Translations under genes and position numbers: made by a program
Part shown: positions 28,442 to 41,311 of the stretch, piece after piece
Layout of the letters: each line of letters starts with the position of its first letter
Numbering within the stretch: position 1 is the stretch's first letter
The notes under the pieces: model-generated
Database searches by the model: none
Seen by the model: the letters and a program-made list of their open reading frames with translations, nothing else
Told to the model about the DNA's origin: nothing
Origin: Escherichia coli
Lineage (GTDB): Bacteria > Pseudomonadota > Gammaproteobacteria > Enterobacterales > Enterobacteriaceae
Direction: 5' to 3' (one strand)
Length of the DNA stretch: 64,000 nucleotides
Assembly: GCF_013315695.1 (NCBI RefSeq)
Contig: NZ_CP054353.1

Positions 28442-28467
28442 GCGGCGAGCGCAAAGGCGCTCGCCGC
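28442..28467 (+). terminator. Perfect 11-bp-stem hairpin between wzzE and wecB (possible intra-operon attenuator or partial terminator)
   Basis: GCGGCGAGCGC AAAG GCGCTCGCCGC followed by TTATT. Confidence 0.5.
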
Positions 28468-28486
28468 TTATTCGAAGAGAATCGAT

Positions 28487-29617
28487 GTGAAAGTACTGAC
28501 TGTATTTGGTACGCGCCCGGAAGCCATCAAGATGGCTCCGTTGGTGCATGCGTTGGCAAAAGATCCTTTTTTTGAGGCTAAAGTTTGCGTCACTGCGCAG
28601 CATCGGGAGATGCTCGATCAGGTGCTGAAACTCTTTTCCATTGTACCTGACTACGATCTCAACATAATGCAGCCAGGACAGGGCCTGACAGAGATAACCT
28701 GTCGGATTCTGGAAGGGCTAAAACCTATTCTTGCCGAGTTCAAACCAGACGTCGTGCTGGTTCACGGCGATACTACTACAACGCTGGCAACCAGCCTGGC
28801 GGCGTTTTATCAGCGTATTCCAGTTGGTCACGTTGAGGCAGGTCTGCGCACGGGCGATCTCTATTCGCCGTGGCCGGAAGAGGCTAACCGTACATTGACC
28901 GGGCATCTGGCGATGTATCACTTCTCTCCAACCGAAACTTCCCGGCAAAACTTACTGCGTGAAAACGTTGCTGACAGCCGAATCTTCATTACCGGTAATA
29001 CTGTCATCGATGCACTGTTATGGGTGCGTGACCAGGTGATGAGCAGCGACACGCTGCGTTCAGAACTGGCGGCAAATTACCCGTTTATCGACCCCGATAA
29101 AAAGATGATTCTGGTGACCGGTCACAGGCGTGAGAGCTTCGGTCGTGGCTTTGAAAAAATCTGCCAGGCGCTGGCAGACATCGCCACCACGCACCAGGAC
29201 ATCCAGATTGTCTATCCGGTGCATCTCAACCCGAACGTCAGAGAGCCGGTCAATCGCATTCTGGGGCATGTGAAAAATGTCATTCTGATCGATCCCCAGG
29301 AGTATTTACCGTTTGTCTGGCTGATGAACCACGCCTGGCTGATTTTGACCGACTCAGGCGGCATTCAGGAAGAAGCGCCTTCGCTGGGGAAACCGGTGCT
29401 GGTGATGCGCGATACCACTGAGCGTCCGGAAGCGGTGACAGCGGGGACGGTGCGTCTGGTCGGCACGGATAAGCAGCGAATTGTCGAGGAAGTGACGCGT
29501 CTTTTAAAAGACGAAAACGAATATCAAGCTATGAGCCGCGCCCATAACCCGTATGGTGATGGTCAGGCATGCTCTCGCATTCTGGAAGCGTTAAAAAATA
29601 ATCGGATATCACTATGA
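28487..29617 (+). CDS. wecB: UDP-N-acetylglucosamine 2-epimerase
   Basis: 376-aa ORF, GTG start ([19 protein letters not shown]...). Confidence 0.95.
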   Translation: MKVLTVFGTRPEAIKMAPLVHALAKDPFFEAKVCVTAQHREMLDQVLKLFSIVPDYDLNIMQPGQGLTEITCRILEGLKPILAEFKPDVVLVHGDTTTTLATSLAAFYQRIPVGHVEAGLRTGDLYSPWPEEANRTLTGHLAMYHFSPTETSRQNLLRENVADSRIFITGNTVIDALLWVRDQVMSSDTLRSELAANYPFIDPDKKMILVTGHRRESFGRGFEKICQALADIATTHQDIQIVYPVHLNPNVREPVNRILGHVKNVILIDPQEYLPFVWLMNHAWLILTDSGGIQEEAPSLGKPVLVMRDTTERPEAVTAGTVRLVGTDKQRIVEEVTRLLKDENEYQAMSRAHNPYGDGQACSRILEALKNNRISL

Positions 29618-30876
29618 GTTTTGCGACCATTTCTGTTATCGGACTGGGTTACATCGGGCTGCCTACAGCAGCTGCGTTTGCCTCAAGGCAAAAACAGGTG
29701 ATTGGTGTCGATATCAACCAACACGCGGTTGATACCATCAATCGTGGCGAAATCCATATCGTCGAGCCTGATTTGGCGAGCGTAGTAAAAACTGCCGTAG
29801 AAGGCGGTTTTTTACGAGCGAGCACGACGCCAGTTGAAGCGGATGCCTGGCTGATTGCTGTACCCACGCCGTTTAAAGGCGATCATGAGCCAGATATGAC
29901 CTACGTTGAATCGGCTGCTCGCTCCATTGCGCCAGTGCTGAAAAAAGGCGCGCTGGTGATCCTTGAATCCACCTCGCCGGTGGGGTCAACCGAGAAGATG
30001 GCAGAATGGTTAGCAGAGATGCGTCCAGATCTCACTTTCCCACAGCAGGTGGGCGAGTTGGCGGACGTCAACATTGCTTACTGCCCGGAACGCGTGTTAC
30101 CGGGCCAGGTTATGGTTGAGCTGATTAAAAACGATCGCGTGATTGGTGGTATGACACCGGTTTGTTCGGCCCGCGCCAGCGAACTGTACAAAATTTTCCT
30201 CGAAGGTGAGTGTGTCGTCACTAACTCGCGGACGGCGGAAATGTGTAAGCTCACCGAAAACAGCTTCCGCGATGTGAATATCGCTTTTGCTAACGAACTG
30301 TCGCTGATTTGTGCCGATCAGGGAATTAACGTCTGGGAACTGATTCGCCTGGCGAATCGTCACCCTCGCGTTAATATTCTTCAGCCTGGTCCTGGCGTGG
30401 GCGGTCACTGCATTGCTGTTGATCCGTGGTTTATCGTGGCACAGAACCCGCAGCAGGCGCGGCTTATCCGTACCGCGCGCGAAGTGAACGATCACAAACC
30501 GTTCTGGGTTATCGATCAGGTGAAAGCGGCGGTTGCCGACTGCCTTGCTGCTACCGATAAACGCGCCAGTGAACTGAAAATCGCCTGCTTTGGTCTGGCG
30601 TTTAAACCGAATATTGATGACCTGCGCGAAAGCCCGGCGATGGAAATCGCTGAACTGATCGCCCAGTGGCATAGCGGCGAAACGCTGGTTGTTGAGCCTA
30701 ACATCCACCAGTTGCCGAAAAAACTGACCGGGCTTTGTACTCTGGCGCAGCTTGACGAGGCGCTGGCAACGGCAGATGTGCTGGTGATGTTGGTCGATCA
30801 TAGTCAGTTCAAGGTTATCAATGGCGACAACGTCCATCAGCAGTATGTCGTCGATGCCAAAGGAGTCTGGCGCTGA
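29614..30876 (+). CDS. wecC: UDP-N-acetyl-D-mannosamine dehydrogenase
   Basis: 420-aa ORF with N-terminal Rossmann GxGxxG; overlaps the wecB stop. Confidence 0.95.
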   Translation: MSFATISVIGLGYIGLPTAAAFASRQKQVIGVDINQHAVDTINRGEIHIVEPDLASVVKTAVEGGFLRASTTPVEADAWLIAVPTPFKGDHEPDMTYVESAARSIAPVLKKGALVILESTSPVGSTEKMAEWLAEMRPDLTFPQQVGELADVNIAYCPERVLPGQVMVELIKNDRVIGGMTPVCSARASELYKIFLEGECVVTNSRTAEMCKLTENSFRDVNIAFANELSLICADQGINVWELIRLANRHPRVNILQPGPGVGGHCIAVDPWFIVAQNPQQARLIRTAREVNDHKPFWVIDQVKAAVADCLAATDKRASELKIACFGLAFKPNIDDLRESPAMEIAELIAQWHSGETLVVEPNIHQLPKKLTGLCTLAQLDEALATADVLVMLVDHSQFKVINGDNVHQQYVVDAKGVWR

Positions 30877-31943
30877 TGAGAAAGATTCTGATAACAGGTG
30901 GTGCCGGGTTTATTGGCTCAGCGCTGGTGCGTTATATCATCAACGAAACGAGCGACGCGGTGATAGTGGTCGATAAGCTGACCTACGCCGGAAATCTGAT
31001 GTCGCTGGCACCGGTCGCGCAAAGCGAGCGCTTTGCCTTTGAGAAAGTTGATATCTGCGATCGGGCAGAACTGGCGCGCGTATTCACTGAGCATCAGCCA
31101 GACTGTGTCATGCATCTGGCAGCCGAAAGCCATGTTGACCGTTCTATTGACGGCCCGGCAGCGTTTATTGAAACCAACATTGTCGGGACTTATACATTGC
31201 TTGAAGCGGCGCGGACTTACTGGAATGCGCTGACGGAAGATAAAAAATCAGCGTTCCGTTTTCATCATATCTCCACCGACGAAGTATATGGTGACCTGCA
31301 CTCGACGGATGATTTCTTCACCGAAACCACGCCGTATGCGCCGAGCAGCCCTTATTCCGCTTCAAAAGCCAGCAGTGACCATCTGGTACGCGCCTGGCTG
31401 CGGACCTATGGTCTGCCGACGCTTATCACCAACTGCTCGAATAACTACGGCCCTTACCACTTTCCGGAAAAACTGATCCCGCTGATGATCCTCAACGCGC
31501 TGGCGGGTAAACCGCTGCCGGTATATGGCAACGGGCAGCAAATCCGTGACTGGCTGTATGTTGAAGATCACGCCCGCGCGCTGTATTGCGTGGCGACCAC
31601 CGGGAAAGTCGGTGAAACCTATAATATTGGTGGTCACAACGAGCGTAAGAATCTCGATGTTGTGGAAACCATTTGCGAGCTGCTGGAAGAACTGGCTCCG
31701 AATAAGCCGCACGGCGTGGCGCACTATCGTGACCTGATCACCTTTGTCGCTGACCGTCCGGGGCATGATCTGCGTTATGCCATTGATGCTTCGAAAATTG
31801 CCCGTGAACTTGGCTGGCTGCCGCAGGAAACCTTTGAAAGTGGAATGCGTAAAACGGTGCAGTGGTATCTGGCTAATGAAATCTGGTGGAAGCAGGTGCA
31901 GGACGGCAGCTATCAGGGCGAGCGTTTAGGTCTGAAAGGCTAA
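30876..31943 (+). CDS. rffG: dTDP-glucose 4,6-dehydratase
   Basis: 355-aa ORF with [11 protein letters not shown]-binding motif. Confidence 0.95.
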   Translation: MRKILITGGAGFIGSALVRYIINETSDAVIVVDKLTYAGNLMSLAPVAQSERFAFEKVDICDRAELARVFTEHQPDCVMHLAAESHVDRSIDGPAAFIETNIVGTYTLLEAARTYWNALTEDKKSAFRFHHISTDEVYGDLHSTDDFFTETTPYAPSSPYSASKASSDHLVRAWLRTYGLPTLITNCSNNYGPYHFPEKLIPLMILNALAGKPLPVYGNGQQIRDWLYVEDHARALYCVATTGKVGETYNIGGHNERKNLDVVETICELLEELAPNKPHGVAHYRDLITFVADRPGHDLRYAIDASKIARELGWLPQETFESGMRKTVQWYLANEIWWKQVQDGSYQGERLGLKG

Positions 31944-31961
31944 TTTTCAGCGGAGGCAGAC

Positions 31962-32843
31962 ATGAAAGGTATTATCCTGGCGGGCGGTTCCGGCACCCGA
32001 TTGCATCCGATTACGCGCGGCGTATCGAAGCAACTGTTGCCGATTTACGATAAGCCAATGATTTACTATCCGCTGTCGGTGCTGATGCTGGCCGGTATCC
32101 GCGAAATTCTCATCATTACTACGCCGGAAGATAAAGGTTATTTCCAGCGCCTGCTGGGTGACGGCAGTGAGTTCGGTATCCAGCTGGAATATGCCGAACA
32201 GCCCAGTCCGGACGGTCTGGCGCAGGCCTTTATCATCGGTGAAACCTTCCTCAACGGTGAACCTTCTTGTCTGGTGCTGGGCGATAACATTTTCTTCGGT
32301 CAGGGCTTCAGTCCGAAGCTGCGTCATGTTGCGGCGCGCACGGAAGGGGCGACGGTATTTGGCTATCAGGTAATGGATCCGGAACGCTTTGGCGTCGTGG
32401 AGTTTGACGACAATTTCCGTGCGATCTCGCTGGAAGAAAAGCCAAAACAACCGAAATCAAACTGGGCGGTGACCGGGCTTTATTTCTACGACAGTAAAGT
32501 CGTGGAGTACGCAAAGCAGGTGACGCCGTCGGAGCGTGGTGAACTGGAGATTACCTCCATCAACCAGATGTACCTCGAGGCGGGTAACCTGACCGTTGAA
32601 CTGCTCGGGCGCGGATTTGCCTGGCTGGACACCGGTACTCACGACAGCCTGATTGAAGCCAGTACCTTTGTACAGACGGTAGAAAAACGCCAGGGCTTTA
32701 AGATTGCCTGCCTGGAAGAGATCGCCTGGCGTAACGGCTGGCTCGATGACGAGGGTGTGAAGCGTGCTGCCAGTTCATTAGCGAAAACTGGCTACGGCCA
32801 ATATCTGCTGGAGTTACTTCGTGCCCGTCCGCGCCAGTATTGA
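31962..32843 (+). CDS. rffH: Glucose-1-phosphate thymidylyltransferase
   Basis: 293-aa [21 protein letters not shown]... Confidence 0.95.
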   Translation: MKGIILAGGSGTRLHPITRGVSKQLLPIYDKPMIYYPLSVLMLAGIREILIITTPEDKGYFQRLLGDGSEFGIQLEYAEQPSPDGLAQAFIIGETFLNGEPSCLVLGDNIFFGQGFSPKLRHVAARTEGATVFGYQVMDPERFGVVEFDDNFRAISLEEKPKQPKSNWAVTGLYFYDSKVVEYAKQVTPSERGELEITSINQMYLEAGNLTVELLGRGFAWLDTGTHDSLIEASTFVQTVEKRQGFKIACLEEIAWRNGWLDDEGVKRAASSLAKTGYGQYLLELLRARPRQY

Positions 32844-33495
32844 GCCACTAACCTGGGAAAACGCCTTCTTTGGTGTTAACAGCGCCATTGTGCGTATTAG
32901 TCCTGACGCGGCACTCCTGACGCCAGACGCCTTAGCGCCGTGGTCACGGGTGCAGGCCAAAATTGCGGCATCAAATACGGGTGAACTGGATGCCCTGCAA
33001 CAGCTGGGATTCTCCCTGGTAGAAGGTGAAGTTGATTTGGCACTACCCGTGAACAATGTCAGTGATAGTGGTGCAGTAGTGGCACAAGAGACCGATATTC
33101 CCGCATTACGTCAGTTAGCCAGCGCCGCATTTGCGCAAAGCCGTTTTCGTGCGCCGTGGTATGCGCCTGACGCCAGCGGTCGCTTTTATGCACAGTGGAT
33201 TGAAAATGCCGTGCGCGGCACCTTTGATCATCAATGTCTGATTTTACGTGCGGCGTCCGGCGATATTCGCGGTTATGTCTCTTTACGGGAACTCAATGCG
33301 ACAGATGCGCGAATTGGCCTGCTGGCTGGACGCGGTGCAGGTGCTGAGCTAATGCAAACGGCGCTAAACTGGGCGTATGCTCGCGGTAAAACAACTTTGC
33401 GGGTGGCGACCCAGATGGGCAACACCGCCGCGCTTAAACGATACATACAAAGTGGTGCGAATGTAGAAAGCACCGCGTACTGGTTATACAGGTGA
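32821..33495 (+). CDS. wecD: dTDP-fucosamine acetyltransferase (GNAT)
   Basis: 224-aa ORF from GTG 32821, overlapping rffH by 23 nt; a shorter form from GTG 32950 is an alternative start. Confidence 0.75.
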   Translation: MPVRASIEPLTWENAFFGVNSAIVRISPDAALLTPDALAPWSRVQAKIAASNTGELDALQQLGFSLVEGEVDLALPVNNVSDSGAVVAQETDIPALRQLASAAFAQSRFRAPWYAPDASGRFYAQWIENAVRGTFDHQCLILRAASGDIRGYVSLRELNATDARIGLLAGRGAGAELMQTALNWAYARGKTTLRVATQMGNTAALKRYIQSGANVESTAYWLYR

Positions 33496-33499
33496 TCAC

Positions 33500-34630
33500 A
33501 TGATTCCATTTAACGCACCGCCGGTGGTGGGAACCGAGCTCGACTATATGCAGTCGGCAATGGGTAGCGGCAAACTGTGCGGCGATGGTGGTTTTACCCG
33601 TCGCTGCCAGCAGTGGCTGGAGCAACGTTTTGGCAGCGCCAAAGTGTTACTGACGCCATCCTGCACCGCTTCGCTGGAGATGGCGGCGCTGCTGCTCGAT
33701 ATCCAGCCTGGCGATGAAGTGATCATGCCGAGCTACACCTTTGTCTCCACCGCCAATGCCTTTGTGCTGCGTGGCGCGAAAATCGTCTTTGTGGATGTTC
33801 GCCCGGACACCATGAACATCGACGAAACGCTGATTGAAGCGGCGATCACCGACAAAACGCGCGTTATCGTGCCGGTCCATTACGCGGGTGTGGCCTGCGA
33901 AATGGACACTATTATGGCGTTGGCGAAGAAGCATAATCTATTTGTGGTGGAAGATGCCGCTCAGGGCGTGATGTCCACTTACAAAGGGCGTGCGCTGGGA
34001 ACCATTGGTCATATTGGCTGCTTTAGCTTCCATGAAACCAAAAACTACACGGCGGGTGGTGAAGGCGGCGCGACGCTGATTAACGATAAAGCGTTGATCG
34101 AACGAGCCGAGATCATCCGTGAAAAAGGCACAAACCGCAGCCAGTTCTTCCGTGGTCAGGTCGATAAATATACCTGGCGCGATATTGGCTCCAGCTATTT
34201 GATGTCCGATCTGCAAGCAGCGTACCTTTGGGCGCAACTGGAAGCCGCTGAACGTATCAATCAGCAGCGTCTGGCGCTGTGGCAAAACTACTACGATGCA
34301 CTGGCGCCTCTGGCAAAAAATGGGCGTATCGAGCTGCCGTCGATTCCCGATGGCTGCGTGCAGAACGCGCATATGTTCTACATTAAACTGCGGGATATTG
34401 ATGACCGGAGCGCGTTGATTAACTTTCTGAAAGAAGCGGAAATCATGGCGGTGTTCCATTACATTCCGCTGCACGGTTGCCCTGCGGGGGAGCGCTTTGG
34501 TGAGTTCCACGGTGAAGATCGCTACACCACCAAAGAGAGCGAGCGCCTGCTGCGCCTGCCGTTGTTCTACAACCTGTCGCCCGTCAATCAGCGTACGGTA
34601 ATTGCGACCTTGTTGAACTACTTCTCCTGA
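33500..34630 (+). CDS. wecE: dTDP-4-amino-4,6-dideoxygalactose transaminase
   Basis: 376-aa ORF, DegT/PLP aminotransferase-like. Confidence 0.95.
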   Translation: MIPFNAPPVVGTELDYMQSAMGSGKLCGDGGFTRRCQQWLEQRFGSAKVLLTPSCTASLEMAALLLDIQPGDEVIMPSYTFVSTANAFVLRGAKIVFVDVRPDTMNIDETLIEAAITDKTRVIVPVHYAGVACEMDTIMALAKKHNLFVVEDAAQGVMSTYKGRALGTIGHIGCFSFHETKNYTAGGEGGATLINDKALIERAEIIREKGTNRSQFFRGQVDKYTWRDIGSSYLMSDLQAAYLWAQLEAAERINQQRLALWQNYYDALAPLAKNGRIELPSIPDGCVQNAHMFYIKLRDIDDRSALINFLKEAEIMAVFHYIPLHGCPAGERFGEFHGEDRYTTKESERLLRLPLFYNLSPVNQRTVIATLLNYFS

Positions 34631-34631
34631 T

Positions 34632-35882
34632 ATGTCGTTGGCAAAAGCGTCCTTGTGGACGGCGGCCAGTACACTGGTCAAGATTGGTGCCGGGTTACTG
34701 GTCGGTAAGTTGCTGGCAGTGTCATTTGGTCCGGCGGGGCTTGGGCTGGCGGCAAATTTCCGCCAGTTGATTACCGTGCTCGGCGTGCTTGCCGGGGCAG
34801 GCATCTTTAACGGCGTAACCAAATACGTTGCCCAGTACCATGATAATCCCCAACAATTGCGCCGCGTGGTCGGCACTTCATCAGCGATGGTACTTGGCTT
34901 CTCTATGCTAATGGCGCTGGTTTTTGTGCTGGCAGCTGCGCCAATCAGCCAGGGATTGTTCGGTAATACCGACTATCAGGGGCTGGTGCGTTTAGTGGCG
35001 TTGGTGCAAATGGGGATCGCCTGGGGCAACCTGTTACTGGCGTTGATGAAAGGCTTTCGCGATGCCGCAGGTAATGCGTTATCCCTGATTGTTGGCAGCT
35101 TGATTGGCGTTCTTGCGTACTACGTCAGTTACCGTTTGGGCGATTATGAAGGAGCGTTGCTGGGGCTGGCGTTGATTCCCGCGCTGGTGGTGATTCCTGC
35201 CGCCGTCATGCTAATTAAGCGTGGTGCAATCCCGTTAAGCTATCTGAAACCCAGCTGGGATAACGGCCTGGCAGGGCAGTTGAGCAAATTTACGCTCATG
35301 GCGTTGATTACGTCGGTAACCTTGCCCGTTGCTTACATCATGATGCGTAAACTGCTGGCGGCGCAGTATAGCTGGGATGAAGTGGGGATCTGGCAAGGGG
35401 TGAGCAGTATTTCCGATGCCTACCTGCAATTTATTACGGCATCGTTCAGCGTATATTTGCTGCCCACGTTGTCGCGGCTAACGGAAAAGCGCGATATCAC
35501 CCGGGAAGTGGTTAAATCGCTGAAATTCGTCTTACCGGCAGTGGCGGCGGCGAGTTTTACCGTCTGGTTGCTGCGTGATTTTGCTATCTGGCTGCTGTTG
35601 TCGAATAAATTTACCGCTATGCGCGATCTCTTTGCCTGGCAGTTAGTGGGTGATGTGTTAAAAGTGGGCGCTTATGTCTTTGGTTATCTGGTGATCGCCA
35701 AAGCGTCACTGCGGTTTTATATTCTGGCGGAAATCAGCCAGTTCACTTTATTGATGGTATTTGCCCACTGGCTAATCCCTGCGCATGGCGCACTGGGCGC
35801 AGCACAGGCCTATATGGCAACCTATATCGTCTATTTTTCTCTTTGTTGTGGCGTGTTTTTACTCTGGCGTAGGCGGGCATGA
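34632..35882 (+). CDS. wzxE: ECA lipid III flippase
   Basis: 416-aa multi-pass membrane ORF. Confidence 0.93.
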   Translation: MSLAKASLWTAASTLVKIGAGLLVGKLLAVSFGPAGLGLAANFRQLITVLGVLAGAGIFNGVTKYVAQYHDNPQQLRRVVGTSSAMVLGFSMLMALVFVLAAAPISQGLFGNTDYQGLVRLVALVQMGIAWGNLLLALMKGFRDAAGNALSLIVGSLIGVLAYYVSYRLGDYEGALLGLALIPALVVIPAAVMLIKRGAIPLSYLKPSWDNGLAGQLSKFTLMALITSVTLPVAYIMMRKLLAAQYSWDEVGIWQGVSSISDAYLQFITASFSVYLLPTLSRLTEKRDITREVVKSLKFVLPAVAAASFTVWLLRDFAIWLLLSNKFTAMRDLFAWQLVGDVLKVGAYVFGYLVIAKASLRFYILAEISQFTLLMVFAHWLIPAHGALGAAQAYMATYIVYFSLCCGVFLLWRRRA

Positions 35883-36958
35883 CTGTACTGATTCACGTAC
35901 TGGGATCGGATATCCCTCACCATAACCGAACCGTTCTGCGGTTTTTCAACGACGCGCTGGCCGCGACGAGCGAGCACGCGCGCGAGTTTATGGTTGTTGG
36001 CAAGGACGACGGCTTAAGTGATAGCTGTCCGGCGCTTTCTGTGCAATTTTTCCCTGGGAAAAAATCGCTGGCGGAAGCGGTCATCGCGAAAGCAAAAGCT
36101 AACCGTCAGCAGCGATTTTTTTTCCACGGTCAGTTCAATCCCACACTGTGGCTGGCTCTGCTGAGTGGTGGCATTAAGCCCAGCCAGTTTTACTGGCATA
36201 TCTGGGGGGCAGACCTGTACGAACTTTCCAGTGGCTTGAGATATAAGCTTTTTTACCCGCTACGTCGCCTGGCGCAAAAGCGAGTCGGCTGTGTATTTGC
36301 CACCCGCGGCGATTTGAGCTTTTTTGCCAAAACGCACCCAAAGGTGCGGGGCGAACTGCTGTACTTCCCGACGCGGATGGACCCTTCTCTCAATACGATG
36401 GCGAACGATCGGCAACGTGAAGGGAAAATGACCATTCTGGTGGGCAACTCCGGCGACCGCAGTAATGAGCATATTGCTGCCTTGCGCGCCGTTCATCAGC
36501 AATTTGGCGATACGGTAAAAGTGGTGGTGCCGATGGGATATCCGCCTAATAACGAAGCGTACATCGAGGAAGTTCGTCAGGCGGGGCTGGAGTTATTCAG
36601 CGAAGAAAATCTACAAATTCTGAACGAAAAACTGGAATTTGACGCCTATCTGGCACTACTTCGCCAGTGCGATCTCGGCTACTTTATTTTTGCCCGCCAG
36701 CAGGGCATTGGTACGCTGTGCTTGCTGATTCAGGCGGGCATTCCTTGTGTGCTTAACCGGGAAAATCCGTTCTGGCAGGATATGACAGAGCAACATTTGC
36801 CGGTGCTGTTTACCACAGACGATCTCAACGAAGATATTGTGCGTGAAGCGCAGCGCCAGTTGGCTTCGGTGGATAAAAACACTATTGCCTTCTTTAGCCC
36901 TAACTATCTACAAGGCTGGCAGCGGGCGTTGGCGATTGCCGCCGGGGAGGTCGCATGA
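35879..36958 (+). CDS. wecF: TDP-Fuc4NAc:lipid II Fuc4NAc transferase
   Basis: 359-aa ORF overlapping the wzxE stop. Confidence 0.93.
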
Positions 36959-38307
36959 GTCTGCTGCAATTCAGTGGCCTGTTTGTTGTCTGGCTGCTCT
37001 GCACGCTGTTTATTGCCACGCTGACCTGGTTTGAGTTTCGCCGTGTGCGCTTTAACTTCAATGTCTTCTTTTCATTGCTGTTTTTGCTCACCTTTTTCTT
37101 CGGCTTTCCGCTGACCAGCGTGCTGGTATTTCGCTTTGATGTTGGTGTCGCGCCGCCAGAAATCTTGTTGCAGGCGTTGCTTTCTGCAGGCTGCTTCTAC
37201 GCGGTTTACTACGTCACCTACAAAACCCGCCTACGCAAACGCGTTGCTGATGTACCGCGCCGTCCGCTGTTTACCATGAACCGCGTGGAAACCAATCTCA
37301 CGTGGGTGATCCTGATGGGCATCGCGCTGGTAAGCGTCGGCATCTTCTTCATGCACAACGGCTTTTTGCTGTTCCGGCTTAATTCTTACAGTCAGATCTT
37401 TTCCAGCGAAGTCTCCGGCGTGGCATTAAAACGCTTCTTTTACTTTTTCATCCCGGCGATGCTGGTGGTTTATTTTCTGCGCCAGGACAGTAAAGCGTGG
37501 CTGTTTTTCCTCGTCAGCACGGTCGCCTTTGGCTTGCTGACTTATATGATTGTCGGCGGCACTCGCGCCAATATCATCATCGCATTCGCTATCTTCCTGT
37601 TTATTGGCATTATTCGCGGCTGGATTTCGTTGTGGATGCTGGCGGCGGCGGGTGTGCTGGGGATTGTGGGCATGTTCTGGCTGGCGTTAAAACGCTATGG
37701 AATGAATGTGAGCGGCGATGAAGCGTTCTATACGTTTCTCTATCTCACCCGCGATACCTTTTCGCCGTGGGAGAATCTGGCATTGCTGCTGCAGAACTAC
37801 GACAACATCGACTTCCAGGGCCTGGCTCCCATTGTCCGCGATTTCTATGTCTTTATCCCTTCCTGGCTGTGGCCGGGTCGCCCGAGTATGGTACTGAACT
37901 CCGCCAACTACTTTACCTGGGAAGTGCTGAATAACCACTCCGGACTGGCGATCTCGCCTACGCTTATAGGCTCACTGGTGGTGATGGGCGGCGCGTTGTT
38001 CATCCCGCTCGGGGCGATTGTTGTTGGACTGATCATCAAATGGTTCGACTGGCTGTATGAGCTGGGCAACCGCGAGACTAATCGCTATAAGGCTGCGATA
38101 TTGCACAGTTTCTGCTTCGGGGCGATCTTCAATATGATCGTGCTGGCGCGTGAAGGGCTGGATTCGTTTGTCTCACGCGTGGTCTTTTTTATCGTGGTCT
38201 TCGGCGCATGTCTGATGATCGCAAAACTGTTGTACTGGCTTTTTGAAAGCGCCGGACTCATTCATAAACGTACAAAATCATCGCTCCGGACGCAGGTTGA
38301 AGGATAA
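36955..38307 (+). CDS. wzyE: ECA polymerase
   Basis: 450-aa polytopic membrane ORF. Confidence 0.93.
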
Positions 38308-38309
38308 CA

Positions 38310-39050
38310 ATGAATAACAACACCACGGCACCGACCTATACGCTGCGTGGCTTACAGTTGATTGGTTGGCGTGATATGCAGCACGCCCTCGATTATCTGT
38401 TTGCTGACGGGCAGCTTAAGCAGGGAACGCTGGTTGCCATTAATGCCGAAAAAATGCTGACCATTGAAGATAATGCTGAGGTCAGGGAGCTAATTAACGC
38501 TGCCGAATTTAAATATGCGGATGGCATCAGCGTTGTACGTTCAGTACGTAAAAAGTACCCGCAGGCGCAGGTTTCCCGCGTTGCCGGTGCCGATCTCTGG
38601 GAAGAGCTGATGGCGCGCGCAGGCAAAGAAGGGACGCCGGTATTTCTTGTGGGCGGTAAACCTGAAGTGCTGGCGCAAACTGAAGCTAAACTGCGCAACC
38701 AGTGGAATGTGAATATCGTTGGCAGTCAGGATGGTTATTTTAAACCCGAGCAGCGTCAGGCGCTGTTTGAACGCATTCATGCCAGCGGAGCGCAAATCGT
38801 CACCGTTGCGATGGGATCGCCAAAGCAGGAGATCTTCATGCGCGACTGCCGTCTGGTGCATCCGGATGCGCTGTATATGGGCGTTGGCGGGACTTACGAT
38901 GTTTTCACCGGTCACGTAAAACGTGCACCGAAAATCTGGCAAACGCTGGGACTGGAGTGGCTCTACCGCCTGCTTTCGCAGCCGAGCCGCATTAAGCGTC
39001 AGCTTCGTTTGCTGCGTTATTTACGCTGGCACTACACCGGCAACCTCTGA
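38310..39050 (+). CDS. wecG: UDP-ManNAcA transferase
   Basis: 246-aa ORF, WecB/TagA/CpsF glycosyltransferase family. Confidence 0.93.
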
Positions 39051-39240
39051 TTTTCCTCTCTTTGTAAAGCGACGGAGTGGTCACTTCGTCGCCTTCCTGC
39101 TTTTTTATTACACAAAGCATTCAAATTTTTAATGCTTTATTTGCCATTTCTCCTGAATTACGAAAACATTCGCAACACTCGATGTACCCATAACGATAAC
39201 CGGTAACACCGGAAAGCATGCAAACACAACACGAGGATTT

Positions 39241-40626
39241 ATGGCAGATAACAAACCAGAGCTACAGCGTGGGCTGGAAGCTCGACATATCGAACTCATC
39301 GCCCTGGGGGGCACCATTGGCGTCGGCCTGTTTATGGGGGCCGCCAGTACCCTGAAATGGGCCGGGCCATCTGTATTGTTGGCCTATATCATCGCCGGGC
39401 TGTTCGTCTTTTTCATCATGCGTTCAATGGGCGAAATGTTGTTCCTCGAACCGGTTACCGGTTCGTTCGCCGTTTACGCGCATCGTTATATGAGCCCGTT
39501 CTTTGGTTATCTCACCGCCTGGTCTTACTGGTTTATGTGGATGGCGGTGGGGATCTCAGAAATCACCGCCATTGGCGTTTATGTCCAGTTCTGGTTCCCG
39601 GAGATGGCGCAGTGGATACCCGCATTGATCGCAGTGGCGCTGGTGGCGTTGGCGAATCTGGCGGCGGTGAGATTGTACGGCGAAATCGAGTTCTGGTTCG
39701 CGATGATCAAAGTCACCACGATTATCGTGATGATTGTCATTGGCCTGGGCGTGATTTTCTTTGGCTTTGGCAATGGCGGGCAGTCGATTGGTTTTAGCAA
39801 TCTCACAGAGCATGGCGGTTTCTTTGCTGGTGGCTGGAAAGGGTTCCTGACCGCGCTGTGTATTGTGGTGGCGTCCTACCAGGGCGTGGAGCTGATTGGC
39901 ATTACTGCCGGTGAAGCGAAGAATCCGCAGGTGACGCTGCGCAGTGCCGTAGGCAAGGTGCTGTGGCGAATCCTGATTTTCTACGTAGGCGCGATTTTCG
40001 TTATCGTCACCATCTTCCCGTGGAATGAAATAGGCAGCAACGGCAGCCCGTTCGTACTGACTTTCGCCAAAATCGGCATTACCGCAGCGGCGGGTATTAT
40101 CAACTTTGTGGTGCTGACGGCTGCGCTCTCTGGCTGTAACAGCGGCATGTACAGTTGCGGACGTATGCTCTACGCACTGGCGAAAAACCGTCAGTTACCG
40201 GCGGCAATGGCGAAAGTTTCCCGTCACGGCGTACCGGTTGCGGGTGTGGCAGTATCTATTGCTATTCTGCTAATTGGCTCATGCCTGAACTACATCATTC
40301 CCAATCCGCAGCGTGTGTTTGTCTACGTCTACAGTGCCAGCGTGCTTCCGGGGATGGTGCCATGGTTTGTGATATTGATTAGCCAGTTGCGTTTTCGTCG
40401 TGCGCATAAAGCGGCAATTGCCAGCCATCCGTTCCGCTCAATCCTGTTCCCGTGGGCCAACTACGTAACAATGGCATTCCTGATTTGCGTTTTGATCGGC
40501 ATGTACTTTAATGAAGATACGCGTATGTCGCTGTTTGTCGGCATCATCTTTATGCTGACGGTGACGGCGATTTATAAAGTTTTTGGGCTTAATCGCCACG
40601 GTAAAGCGCATAAACTGGAGGAATAA
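39241..40626 (+). CDS. yifK: Amino acid permease (APC family) YifK
   Basis: 461-aa 12-[29 protein letters not shown]... Confidence 0.93.
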   Translation: MADNKPELQRGLEARHIELIALGGTIGVGLFMGAASTLKWAGPSVLLAYIIAGLFVFFIMRSMGEMLFLEPVTGSFAVYAHRYMSPFFGYLTAWSYWFMWMAVGISEITAIGVYVQFWFPEMAQWIPALIAVALVALANLAAVRLYGEIEFWFAMIKVTTIIVMIVIGLGVIFFGFGNGGQSIGFSNLTEHGGFFAGGWKGFLTALCIVVASYQGVELIGITAGEAKNPQVTLRSAVGKVLWRILIFYVGAIFVIVTIFPWNEIGSNGSPFVLTFAKIGITAAAGIINFVVLTAALSGCNSGMYSCGRMLYALAKNRQLPAAMAKVSRHGVPVAGVAVSIAILLIGSCLNYIIPNPQRVFVYVYSASVLPGMVPWFVILISQLRFRRAHKAAIASHPFRSILFPWANYVTMAFLICVLIGMYFNEDTRMSLFVGIIFMLTVTAIYKVFGLNRHGKAHKLEE

Positions 40627-40678
40627 GCAGCAAAATGCACAAACCGTAACCAAACGCGCAATTTATTTAAAAAGGGAC

Positions 40679-40707
40679 TAGACAGAGGGGTGGGAAGTCC
40701 GTATTAT
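40679..40707 (+). promoter_or_regulatory. Sigma70 promoter of the tRNA operon (-35 TAGACA, 17-bp spacer, -10 TATTAT, GC-rich discriminator)
   Basis: Hexamers read directly; CCACCCCCGC discriminator typical of stringently controlled stable-RNA promoters. Confidence 0.65.
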
Positions 40708-40728
40708 CCACCCCCGCAACGGCGCTAA

Positions 40729-40805
<77 letters not shown>

Positions 40806-40862
40806 TTTAGTCCCGGCGCTTGAGCTGCGGTGGTAGTAATACCGCGTAACAAGATTTGTAGT

Positions 40863-40939
40863 GGTGGCTATAGCTCAGTTGGTAGAGCCCTGGATTGTGA
40901 TTCCAGTTGTCGTGGGTTCGAATCCCATTAGCCACCCCA
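40863..40939 (+). tRNA. hisR: tRNA-His (GTG), with the extra 5-prime G
   Basis: GGTGGCTATAGCTCAGTTGGTAGAGCCCTGGATTGTGATTCC...CCACCCCA. Confidence 0.95.
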
Positions 40940-40959
40940 TTATTAGAAGTTGTGACAAT

Positions 40960-41046
40960 GCGAGGGTGGCGGAATTGGTAGACGCGCTAGCTTCAGGTGT
41001 TAGTGTCCTTACGGACGTGGGGGTTCAAGTCCCCCCCCTCGCACCA
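40960..41046 (+). tRNA. leuT: tRNA-Leu (CAG), long variable arm
   Basis: GCGAGGGTGGCGGAATTGGTAGACGCGCTAGCTTCAGGTG...CTCGCACCA, 87 nt. Confidence 0.95.
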
Positions 41047-41088
41047 CGACTTTAAAGAATTGAACTAAAAATTCAAAAAGCAGTATTT

Positions 41089-41165
41089 CGGCGAGTAGCG
41101 CAGCTTGGTAGCGCAACTGGTTTGGGACCAGTGGGTCGGAGGTTCGAATCCTCTCTCGCCGACCA
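41089..41165 (+). tRNA. proM: tRNA-Pro (TGG)
   Basis: CGGCGAGTAGCGCAGCTTGGTAGCGCAACTGGTTTGGGACCAG...CGCCGACCA. Confidence 0.95.
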
Positions 41166-41171
41166 ATTTTG

Positions 41172-41196
41172 AACCCCGCTTCGGCGGGGTTTTTTG
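41172..41196 (+). terminator. Intrinsic terminator of the tRNA operon
   Basis: CCCCGC TTCG GCGGGG hairpin followed by a T-run. Confidence 0.85.
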
Positions 41197-41311
41197 TTTT
41201 CTGTGCATTTCGTCACTTTCCCTTCGCAATAAACGCCCGTAATAACGCATTGCGCCACGGTATGATTTCGCCCTTAACTTATTGAAGGATGACTTCAGGC
41301 AAGGAGCGACC

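Noticed and set aside
30097-30837. 246-aa minus-strand ORF antisense to wecC
   Set aside because: Shadow ORF within the ECA cluster
33938-34876. 312-aa minus-strand ORF antisense to wecE and wzxE
   Set aside because: Spans two sense-strand genes with strong homology support; no RBS or plausible domain
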